DNA of 32,000 nucleotides from Synechocystis sp. PCC 6803 substr. PCC-P (GTDB taxonomy: Bacteria > Cyanobacteriota > Cyanobacteriia > Cyanobacteriales > Microcystaceae). The position numbers were made by a program, and so were the translations under genes. Every line of letters begins with the position of its first letter. Positions within the stretch are counted from its first letter, which is position 1. Below the pieces are notes generated by a model. The model had not been told where the DNA came from, made no database searches, and was given only the letters and a program-made list of their open reading frames with translations. The DNA is taken from the NCBI RefSeq assembly GCF_000284455.1, contig NC_017039.1:570001-602000 (forward strand), read 5' to 3'. This document shows positions 10,330-17,329 of the stretch, piece by piece.

Positions 10330-11157
10330 ATGTTGCCCACTGCCATTGTCCTCACCATCCTTTTGGGCATCATTGCCTACATTTGGGGCTATCCCCATTG
10401 GTTAGATTGGCGAGAAAAACAACTTTTTCAGCGGCCTCTGCCTCCCCATTGGCAAGCAATTTTAGGCGATCGCCTGCCTTTTTATGCCCAGCTTTCCCCC
10501 CAGCAACGGCAAAAATTAGAAGCAAAAATCCAATTATTTCTCCAGCAAAAACAGTTTATTGGCTGTAATGATTTTGTTTTAACGGATGAAGTGCGGTTGG
10601 TCATCGCTGCCCAAGCTTGCTATCTAGCGTTGGAATTAGGCAGTAATCCCTACCCCAGGCTGGATACAATCCTTGTTTACCCCGATGCTTTCCAAGTGCG
10701 GCAAATTACGTCCCCCGATGGTTACGTAGTGGAGGAAGAAGACACCGTTCGAGCTGGGGAATCCTGGGATAGGGCTGGACAGTTGATCCTGGCTTGGGGC
10801 ACGATCGCCTGGGATTTGGAGCGGTGGCAGGATGGCCACAACGTTATTTTCCATGAATTTGCCCATCAGTTGGACATGGGGGATGGAGCCATGAATGGGG
10901 TCCCTAAATTAGGTCGTCGCAACGACTATCAACGCTGGCAGTCAATTTTTGCGTCGGAATACCAACAACTACTCAGTCAGTTAGAAAATAATTTACCCAC
11001 CGTCATCGACCCCTATGGAGCCACCAACCCCTGTGAATTTTTTGCGGTGGTGACGGAAACTTTCTTTGAAAAAGGGCAAGAATTACAACATAATCACGGG
11101 CAACTTTATCAAGTTCTACGGAAATATTACTGCCTTGAACCATTGATAAATTGCTAG
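10330..11157 (+). CDS. MtfA/peptidase-M90-like zinc metallopeptidase with an N-terminal TM helix
   Basis: 275 aa. HEFAH (HExxH) in VIFHEFAHQLD, plus the downstream EFFAVVTETFFE motif typical of the MtfA family. The N-terminus LPTAIVLTILLGIIAYIWGY is hydrophobic. It lies 33 nt after the receiver gene. Confidence 0.8.
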   Translation: MLPTAIVLTILLGIIAYIWGYPHWLDWREKQLFQRPLPPHWQAILGDRLPFYAQLSPQQRQKLEAKIQLFLQQKQFIGCNDFVLTDEVRLVIAAQACYLALELGSNPYPRLDTILVYPDAFQVRQITSPDGYVVEEEDTVRAGESWDRAGQLILAWGTIAWDLERWQDGHNVIFHEFAHQLDMGDGAMNGVPKLGRRNDYQRWQSIFASEYQQLLSQLENNLPTVIDPYGATNPCEFFAVVTETFFEKGQELQHNHGQLYQVLRKYYCLEPLINC

Positions 11158-11627
11158 GGAACGGGTTTTAGCCTGGTCACTGCCAGGGAAAATGCCCCTC
11201 CCCCAGTGGCGGCGTAGGTTCTGACCCGGACAATGTAGTCTCCCGATTCAGTAATCCGGGCGAAGGCAAGGGAATTGGTGCCCCCTTCAGTGCTGTCGTC
11301 GTTGGCCACAATGGTGGTGCCGTCATCGCCAATGAGCATTACCATGGTGTCGAATTCATCGGAGCGCAGGTCAATGGACACTTGGTCCCCGGCCTGGAGA
11401 TTAATACGATAGTCCCTGGCAAATCCCCCTTCCCCCGTGGGCATATCCCCCACCGTCAGGCGATCGTCAACTGTTGTGTTGGCAGTAATGGGGATGGGAT
11501 TGTAAAAACTATTTTGACTATTTTGGCCGTAACTCGGGGTTGGGTAGAACGTCACCAGGGCGGAAGTCAAACCCATCCAGAAGAGGACTACCTTGTCCAA
11601 TTTCCCCGAATTGAATAATCTAAACAT
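11154..11627 (-). CDS. Secreted protein with a pre-peptidase C-terminal (PPC)-like domain
   Basis: The start is set at ATG 11627 (MFRLFNSGKLDKVVLFWMGLTSALVTFYPTPSYGQ, signal-peptide-like). The beta-rich C-terminus (YRINLQAGDQVSIDLRSDEFDTMVMLIGDDGTTIVANDDS...GDYIVRVRTY) resembles PPC/collagenase-prepeptidase domains. The ORF-track start at 11705 lies inside the upstream gene. Confidence 0.65.
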   Translation of the reverse strand: MFRLFNSGKLDKVVLFWMGLTSALVTFYPTPSYGQNSQNSFYNPIPITANTTVDDRLTVGDMPTGEGGFARDYRINLQAGDQVSIDLRSDEFDTMVMLIGDDGTTIVANDDSTEGGTNSLAFARITESGDYIVRVRTYAATGGGAFSLAVTRLKPVP

Positions 11628-12264
11628 TCTCGGTGTCCTGACTGAGTACTGACTGGAGCCGACTGAGGAAATTTGATTCCTGGGTGATGGGAATGAACTG
11701 CTCAATGGACGGGGCTGGCCCTGGGTTTCTGGTCACGGGCCCTTCTTCGGACACATTAGAGCCCTTTAAATTTTCTTGGTTGGGATGTTGGATATTTCCG
11801 AGGGCACGGTGATGCCAAGGGAGTGGTTCTAGCTCCCCTGGGTCGGAGGGAGAAACCCGCCGTCTTGGTGATTGCAATGATTGTTCTTGTCCTGCCGTGG
11901 GAACCTTTAACTGCCATGACTGGTCTGCCATTTTAGTCAACTCCTCCATCGATTCGTCTCTGGCGATCGCCAACGATCTGGGCAGATTTTCGGAAACCAG
12001 ACGCTCAAACTCAGCGGAAAAATGAAAATTGGGTTGTCCCTTCTTGTGCCAGAACTCCAGCAAATGCTCCACCGAAACCGCCTTATAACGGCCTAGGTAC
12101 AGGGCTTCGATCACCGCAAGACGAATCCACAGGGCTGAAAAATTCTTAAGCCAGCCATTGATGACCTGTTTGGGGGCCATTCCCCGGAGGTCAAAACAAT
12201 AGGCAGTCAAAAGCGAAACTGTCTGCAAAATGCCTGGATCCTTTTGAGCCTGGGATATTGTCAT
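11620..12264 (-). CDS. Conserved hypothetical protein
   Basis: 214-aa ORF with coding-like composition and an internal HIP1 site. The N-terminal half is helical (WIRLAVIEALYLGRYKAVSVEHLLEFWHKKGQPNFHFSAEFERLV) and the C-terminal half is low-complexity. No family was recognised. Confidence 0.6.
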   Translation of the reverse strand: MTISQAQKDPGILQTVSLLTAYCFDLRGMAPKQVINGWLKNFSALWIRLAVIEALYLGRYKAVSVEHLLEFWHKKGQPNFHFSAEFERLVSENLPRSLAIARDESMEELTKMADQSWQLKVPTAGQEQSLQSPRRRVSPSDPGELEPLPWHHRALGNIQHPNQENLKGSNVSEEGPVTRNPGPAPSIEQFIPITQESNFLSRLQSVLSQDTENV

Positions 12265-12339
12265 ATTTGCTAGGGAGCTATGCTTAGTAGTTCCTAGAAT
12301 ACTAGCTCAAGTCCAGTCTGGGAGAAAGGAGGGTCGGCT

Positions 12340-12579
12340 ATGTTTAAACAATTAGGAGTTCTGGCCACATTTATTGCCTTTGCGTTGGCCCTGGCGGTGT
12401 CGAGTAATATCCCCAGTGAAGTCACCAGTCTGCCCCAACAATCCCTCACCATTGCCCAACAATCCAAACAACAAGCCCGGCTCCGTTTGCAACGCTCTCT
12501 ACAGCAATTACTCCTACGGCCCCATCGTTTTTCCGGCTCCAGCAATGGGGTAGTCAATCCCAAGGCAGAATATTTTTAG
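12340..12579 (+). CDS. Small secreted/membrane hypothetical protein (79 aa)
   Basis: ATG preceded by AGGAGG (12327-12332, 7-nt spacing). It has an N-terminal signal-like helix (MFKQLGVLATFIAFALALAVSS) and a Gln-rich remainder. It is preferred over the overlapping minus-strand ORF 12294-12563, whose translation is Cys/Arg-rich. Confidence 0.5.
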   Translation: MFKQLGVLATFIAFALALAVSSNIPSEVTSLPQQSLTIAQQSKQQARLRLQRSLQQLLLRPHRFSGSSNGVVNPKAEYF

Positions 12580-12582
12580 TTC

Positions 12583-13194
12583 CTACCAAATGCGGGTCAA
12601 ATCAAGCACAAAACCGGGCATTACTTCATTGCAATCTATTTCCTTTGGCAACGTTAAAACTTCTGTCGCCTGGGAAGAACGATAAATCTCAACCTGTTGG
12701 TTTTGGGGATTGATCAATAACCCCAATCGTACCCCCAGCCGTCGATACTCTTGCATTTTTTCCTGTAATGGTTTCAGGTTATCCGTTGCGGAGCGGAGTT
12801 CAATAACAAAATCTGGTACCACAGGGATAAAGCCAACTATTTCGATCCCTTCAAGCTTCGATTGCTCAATCCACGACACATCCGGCGACAATTTACCGCC
12901 CCCCAATGAAGTGAAGTCATAGCCACAGGAAGAATCAAAGGCTTGACCCAAGTTTGTTCGGCGATTCCAAAGACCAACATCGATCGCCAGATCAAGATTT
13001 TTCCGGCTGGTTTCTCCCCCCGCTGGTGCCATAACAATTAATTCGCCATCTTTGGTTAACTCAAGCCGTAGGTCTGGGTTATCAAGGCAAAGCTGATCAA
13101 AATGCTCCGGCGAGACTTTTAAAGTGACATGGCTCACATTCAACAATAATGACCCTTGATTGATTGAGCTAATTGGCGGGGTTAGGGTTGCCAT
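12583..13194 (-). CDS. Uma2-family (DUF820) putative PD-(D/E)xK nuclease-fold protein, second copy
   Basis: 203 aa with family motifs: ...LELTKDGELIVMAP, core PDFVIELRSATD, YRRLGVRLGLLINPQNQQVEIY. Confidence 0.85.
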   Translation of the reverse strand: MATLTPPISSINQGSLLLNVSHVTLKVSPEHFDQLCLDNPDLRLELTKDGELIVMAPAGGETSRKNLDLAIDVGLWNRRTNLGQAFDSSCGYDFTSLGGGKLSPDVSWIEQSKLEGIEIVGFIPVVPDFVIELRSATDNLKPLQEKMQEYRRLGVRLGLLINPQNQQVEIYRSSQATEVLTLPKEIDCNEVMPGFVLDLTRIW

Positions 13195-13258
13195 AACTTC
13201 TCCTCGGTTCGCTGAACATTGGGATAGTTAACTATTCTTATTTTGGTTAACTTCAATT

Positions 13259-13675
13259 CTAATCACTTCCTTTGGCACAAAGTTGACAAAGCCCGAAGAA
13301 TTCTAGGGTGTGATAGTAAATCCGAAAAGAATAATTAGCCTGCAAATTTTCCTCTAGGGACTGCACAGGGCAACCCTGAATGGGTACCGATTCCCCACAC
13401 TGCAAACAGGTCAAACAATGTTGGTCCTGCTCTAGGGTTTGGTAAAGCAATTCCCCTGTCATGGTGGCCTGATGTTGGATAAATCCGGCTAACTTGAGGG
13501 CATCTAAAGCTCGGTACACCGTGGCCAAGCCAATTTTTTTTGTTTCCCGCAGTTTGGCGAAGAGGGCTTGGGCCGACAGGGGCTCCGTTTCCCTTTGCAA
13601 AGCTTGGAGCACCAGTCTTTGGTTGACTGTGAGGGACTCTAGGCGAACGGCAAGGGAAGGAGTGGGAAGACTCAT
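13259..13675 (-). CDS. zur: Fur-family zinc uptake regulator
   Basis: 138 aa. Winged-helix N-terminus (SAQALFAKLRE...IGLATVYRALDALKLAGFI) and C-terminal Cys pairs (CLTCLQCG ... CQLC). It is divergent from znuABC with a Zur-box between them. Confidence 0.88.
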   Translation of the reverse strand: MSLPTPSLAVRLESLTVNQRLVLQALQRETEPLSAQALFAKLRETKKIGLATVYRALDALKLAGFIQHQATMTGELLYQTLEQDQHCLTCLQCGESVPIQGCPVQSLEENLQANYSFRIYYHTLEFFGLCQLCAKGSD

Positions 13676-13698
13676 GACAAGGTGGAGGAATTATGCAA

Positions 13699-13713
13699 TG
13701 ATAATGATTATCG
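13699..13713. promoter_or_regulatory. Zur box (7-1-7 palindrome) in the zur/znuA divergent promoter region
   Basis: TGATAAT-G-ATTATCG has 6 of 7 positions palindromic and matches the cyanobacterial Zur operator type TGATAATnATTATCA. It lies 24 nt upstream of the zur start and 69 nt upstream of the znuA start. Confidence 0.75.
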
Positions 13714-13781
13714 TTTATTGTCCTAATGCCAAAGGGATAAATTTCCCATCAGCTTGATCTTCACTGTATTGCACATCGGTA

Positions 13782-14798
13782 ATGTTCATTTTCCCCGCTG
13801 TTCCCCGCTTTGTCCAACCCCTTGGTGTTGCTTTTGTTCTGGGTTTGAGCACCCTAGGCTGTCAGCCCGCTGTTGAACAGGTTGGGCAAAATGGTCAAGT
13901 TGAGGATGCTCCGGTGGCAGATGCCATGGATATTACGGTGAGTATTCCACCTCAACAATACTTTTTGGAAAAAATTGGTGGTGACTTAGTTCGAGTCAGC
14001 GTACTGGTACCGGGTAATAATGATCCCCACACCTATGAGCCCAAACCCCAACAGTTGGCGGCCCTAAGTGAAGCAGAAGCCTATGTTTTGATCGGTCTTG
14101 GTTTTGAGCAACCTTGGTTGGAGAAGTTAAAGGCGGCCAATGCCAACATGAAATTAATTGATTCGGCCCAAGGCATAACCCCCCTGGAAATGGAGAAGCA
14201 TGACCATAGTCACGGGGAGGAAGAAGGGCACGATGACCATAGCCACGATGGCCACGACCATGGGTCAGAGTCAGAAAAGGAAAAAGCTAAGGGAGCATTG
14301 ATGGTGGCGGATCCCCACATTTGGTTGTCCCCTACCTTGGTGAAACGACAGGCCACCACGATCGCCAAGGAGTTGGCGGAATTGGACCCGGATAATCGCG
14401 ACCAGTATGAGGCTAATTTAGCTGCATTTTTAGCGGAACTAGAGCGGTTAAATCAAGAATTAGGACAAATATTGCAACCTTTACCCCAAAGGAAATTTAT
14501 TGTTTTCCATCCTTCTTGGGCTTACTTTGCTCGGGATTACAACTTGGTACAAATTCCCATCGAAGTGGAAGGGCAAGAACCCAGCGCCCAGGAATTGAAA
14601 CAGTTAATTGATACGGCCAAGGAAAATAATCTAACCATGGTGTTTGGGGAAACCCAGTTCAGTACCAAAAGTTCCGAGGCGATCGCCGCTGAAATCGGAG
14701 CGGGGGTGGAGTTACTCGATCCTTTAGCCGCTGATTGGTCTAGCAATCTCAAAGCCGTTGCCCAAAAAATCGCCAATGCTAACAGTGCCCAGCCCTAA
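13782..14798 (+). CDS. znuA: Periplasmic zinc-binding protein of the ZnuABC transporter
   Basis: 338 aa. Signal peptide with LSTLGC (possible lipobox), cluster-9 SBP fold motifs (DPHTYEP, DPHIW), and the diagnostic His/Asp/Glu-rich loop HDHSHGEEEGHDDHSHDGHDHGSE. Confidence 0.93.
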   Translation: MFIFPAVPRFVQPLGVAFVLGLSTLGCQPAVEQVGQNGQVEDAPVADAMDITVSIPPQQYFLEKIGGDLVRVSVLVPGNNDPHTYEPKPQQLAALSEAEAYVLIGLGFEQPWLEKLKAANANMKLIDSAQGITPLEMEKHDHSHGEEEGHDDHSHDGHDHGSESEKEKAKGALMVADPHIWLSPTLVKRQATTIAKELAELDPDNRDQYEANLAAFLAELERLNQELGQILQPLPQRKFIVFHPSWAYFARDYNLVQIPIEVEGQEPSAQELKQLIDTAKENNLTMVFGETQFSTKSSEAIAAEIGAGVELLDPLAADWSSNLKAVAQKIANANSAQP

Positions 14799-14811
14799 TG
14801 CCAACGTCCCC

Positions 14812-15645
14812 ATGGTTGATTCCCTACTCTCCCAACCAGTAATTGCCGTTGAAAATTTATTCGCTGGTTATGGCGCGACGCCAGTGCTAGAAAATATTAA
14901 TCTGCGGGTGGAGGAAAGGGATTTTCTGGGCTTAATTGGCCCTAACGGCGGGGGAAAAACCACTCTGCTCAAAGTACTGTTGGGATTAATTCAACCCCAG
15001 CAAGGTACGGTACAAATTCTCGGGCGGTCAGTGGAACAGGGGCGGCGTTACGTGGGCTATGTACCCCAATGGTTAGAGTTTGACCGGGCGTTTCCAGTGC
15101 GGGTGTTGGACGTGGTCAGGATGGGCCGTTTGGGGCGGGGTAAATTATTTCGCCGTTATCACCAGCAGGATGAAGCCATTGTACGCCGTTGTTTAGAGCA
15201 GGTGGGCATGGGAGATTTAGGCGATCGCCCCTTGGGGACCCTGTCTGGAGGACAACGGCAACGGGTTTACATTGCCAGGGCCCTAGCTTCCCAACCGCAG
15301 ATTTTATTGCTGGACGAACCCACCGCCAATGTAGACAGCAAAGTGCAAAGAAGTATTTACGAGTTATTGGGGGAACTGAATCAAACCATGACCATTGTGA
15401 TGATTTCCCACGACCTGGGGGCCATTTCCCGCTATGTCAAAACCGTTGGTTGCCTCAACCGTAGTTTGCACTATCACCAGGAGAAATTTATTACGCCCCA
15501 GATGATTGAAGCCACCTATCAATGTCCGGTGGATTTAATTGCCCATGGTGTGCCCCATCGGGTTTTCCCTAGCCATGATCCGGCTTTACCCGGGTTAGAT
15601 GCAACCAATGGCCAGGGGCATACAGCGGAGTGTCACCATGATTGA
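14812..15645 (+). CDS. znuC: Zinc ABC transporter ATP-binding protein
   Basis: Walker A GPNGGGKTT, signature LSGGQRQR, Walker B ILLLDEP. The start is set at ATG 14812 (MVDSLLSQPVIAVENL). ATG 14776 or the track's TTG 14758 would overlap the znuA 3' end. Confidence 0.9.
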   Translation: MVDSLLSQPVIAVENLFAGYGATPVLENINLRVEERDFLGLIGPNGGGKTTLLKVLLGLIQPQQGTVQILGRSVEQGRRYVGYVPQWLEFDRAFPVRVLDVVRMGRLGRGKLFRRYHQQDEAIVRRCLEQVGMGDLGDRPLGTLSGGQRQRVYIARALASQPQILLLDEPTANVDSKVQRSIYELLGELNQTMTIVMISHDLGAISRYVKTVGCLNRSLHYHQEKFITPQMIEATYQCPVDLIAHGVPHRVFPSHDPALPGLDATNGQGHTAECHHD

Positions 15646-16444
15646 GGCGATGGTTCAGGCGTTGCAATACGAATTTATGCAAAACGCCATCGTAGCTAGT
15701 TTGCTGGTCAGCTTAGCCTGTGGATTAATTGGCTCTTTTATTGTCATCAACCGCATGGTTTTCATCAGCGGTGGGGTAGCCCACGCGGCCTATGGAGGCA
15801 TTGGTTTGGGCTACTATTTTGCCTTTAATCCCCTCTGGGGAGCGTTTGTTTTTTCCCTAGTGATGGCTTTGGCCATGGGTTGGGTAGCAAGGAAATATCA
15901 ACAGCGCAGCGACACGTTAATTGGGGTGATGTGGGCCCTGGGCATGGCGATCGGCATCATGTTGATCGATTTAACCAAAGGTTATAAGGCCGATGTGGCT
16001 AGTTATCTTTTCGGCAGTATTTTGACGGTGCCCCGGCAGGAACTCTGGCTCATGGCAGGGCTAGACATGTTGATTATCATTCTTTTATTCTTACTTTATA
16101 AAGAGTTTTTGGCCATTTCTTTTGATCCGGTCTATGCCACTACCCGTAATTTGCCAGTGGATATTCTTTATCTAACTCTAGTGGCGGCCATTGCTTTAAC
16201 GGTGGTGATGGTGATGCAATTAGTGGGATTAATTATGGTCATTGCCCTGTTGAGTATTCCAGCGGCGATCGCCGGTCAATATGTGCGGGATGTGCCCCAA
16301 ATGATGGCTGTGGCCAGTGGATTGGGGATGGTCTTTTGCGGTGTTGGATTAGCTCTTTCCTACAGCTTTAACCTTTCCTCTGGAGCAACCATTATTTTGG
16401 TGGCCAGCATTGCCTATCTAATCAGTTTGGCGTTTAGACGCTGA
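15638..16444 (+). CDS. znuB: Zinc ABC transporter permease
   Basis: Polytopic membrane protein of the ABC-3 family. The start is set at ATG 15638, which overlaps the znuC stop (ATGATTGA, TGA at 15643-15645), suggesting translational coupling. Confidence 0.9.
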   Translation: MIEAMVQALQYEFMQNAIVASLLVSLACGLIGSFIVINRMVFISGGVAHAAYGGIGLGYYFAFNPLWGAFVFSLVMALAMGWVARKYQQRSDTLIGVMWALGMAIGIMLIDLTKGYKADVASYLFGSILTVPRQELWLMAGLDMLIIILLFLLYKEFLAISFDPVYATTRNLPVDILYLTLVAAIALTVVMVMQLVGLIMVIALLSIPAAIAGQYVRDVPQMMAVASGLGMVFCGVGLALSYSFNLSSGATIILVASIAYLISLAFRR

Positions 16445-16445
16445 G

Positions 16446-16590
16446 AACGTGTTTGGAAAGTTTTATTCCGCCCCCTAAATTGACCCACTAAAGCTCCGGC
16501 TTAAAAAGGGGGACTTTGGTAACCGTTCCCTCCTTCGGAAGGGGGGCTAGGGGGGATTAAACAGCCAAAACCCAGCTTTTGAAACACGCT
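16446..16590. repeat. MITE-like foldback element (candidate, about 145 bp)
   Basis: Imperfect terminal inverted repeats: AACGTGTTTGGAAAGTT (16446-16462) versus the reverse complement of AGCTTTTGAAACACGCT (16574-16590), 13 of 17 matching. A second inner pair is GTTTTATTCCGCCCCCTAAAT versus the reverse complement of CTAGGGGGGATTAAAC. There is also a central GC hairpin CCCTCCTTCGGAAGGGGGG. It starts 2 nt after the znuB stop. Confidence 0.45.
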
Positions 16591-16626
16591 TTGAAGTAAG
16601 CATCCCCGTTTTTCCCATTCCACGTC

Positions 16627-16889
16627 CTAGGGGTCAGAAAAACGTTCCCCTTTTAATAGGCCTTGATTAATTTTGTTGGTGACCAATTCCCGGTACATGG
16701 CCAGTTCTTGGGAGAGCAATTCATAGCGGGGCTTGCCATGGAGGGTCCAGGTCTTGATGTTGGATTATCCCCCTTCCGGCTTAGCTCGGTATTTTGGCTT
16801 GGATAAAAAAATTGGGCAATGATGACAAAAAAAGTTTCAAGCTGGGATGGTTGGTAAGTTTCGATGGTGTACAATTTTGTCAACGTCAT
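16627..16889 (-). pseudogene. Small ORF that appears frameshifted (hypothetical)
   Basis: The track ORF 16653-16889 starts plausibly (MTLTKLYTIETYQPSQLETFFVIIAQFFYPSQ) but turns into Pro/Ser-rich sequence after about codon 40. From about 16764 the -1 frame reads SNIKTWTLHGKPRYELLSQELAMYRELVTNKINQGLLKGERFSDP*, a protein-like helical segment ending at TAG 16627-16629. Confidence 0.3.
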
Positions 16890-16959
16890 TTTTATGGCAA
16901 TAGAGGAGCAATTTAGAGCAATTTTTGTTTATTTGTCGATTTGTTGAGCTTTTATTGCC

Positions 16960-17247
16960 GTGGCTATTCTCGTTCCTTCCGCTCTCAGCGTTGTTTACGA
17001 AAACTTGATTGAGTTCACCAACTCCCCTCGTTTTTGGCGTAAATTAGCAATTATCTTCGGTACTAATTTTGACCGAGTTCAGGCGAAACAACTCCAGCAA
17101 CAATGGCAAAAAGAAGATTTTAGACAGTTGCCGACCATGCGAATTTTAGACCAGGACATGGCCGGCTTGTTGGGATCCCATGCCCAGAGTACAGATATCA
17201 TTCCCTATGTATTTCTGATTATTTATATCCATATGCTGACTGAATAG
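16960..17247 (+). pseudogene. Decayed duplicate of the N-terminal module of the downstream giant gene
   Basis: The 95-aa GTG-initiated ORF aligns with residues 6-81 of the 1965-aa protein: ALSVVYENLIEFTNSPRFWRKLAIIFGTNFDRVQAKQLQQQWQKEDFRQLPTMRILDQDMAGLLGSHAQS versus DLSLVYGKLSAFAGLESFWQNFEIIYGNNYDVVAVEALRSRWAIGDFSDLPVIEVLSAETLGSAVGAYAQS. About 27 of 76 positions are identical by eye. It then diverges and stops. Confidence 0.6.
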
Positions 17248-17329
17248 CAGAAAATATTGTTTATGAGAACTCCGGATGTCAGGCCTTCATCTAAGTAATG
17301 CATAAATCCTGTTTATTTGAGAATTTTCT

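Noticed and set aside
12294-12563. Minus-strand 89-aa ORF overlapping the small plus-strand ORF
   Set aside because: Its translation is Cys/Arg/Trp-rich and it has no ribosome-binding site. The plus-strand ORF has a strong AGGAGG and a signal-like N-terminus. Neither has been verified.
14758-14811. Upstream TTG/ATG starts for znuC (14758, 14776) and the extended start for znuB (15599)
   Set aside because: The extensions overlap the preceding genes by 23-47 nt and add non-conserved residues before the ABC fold or first TM helix. The shorter ATG starts are preferred, though ATG 14776 remains possible.
16906-16925. Tandem GAGCAATTTA/GAGCAATTTT upstream of the gene remnant, plus an identical 11-mer GAGCAATTTAG at 27536-27546 upstream of the secreted hypothetical
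   Set aside because: It might be a shared regulatory motif, but it has only two loci and was noticed a posteriori. An 11-mer match in 64 kb of two-strand sequence is not compelling without a genome-wide count.
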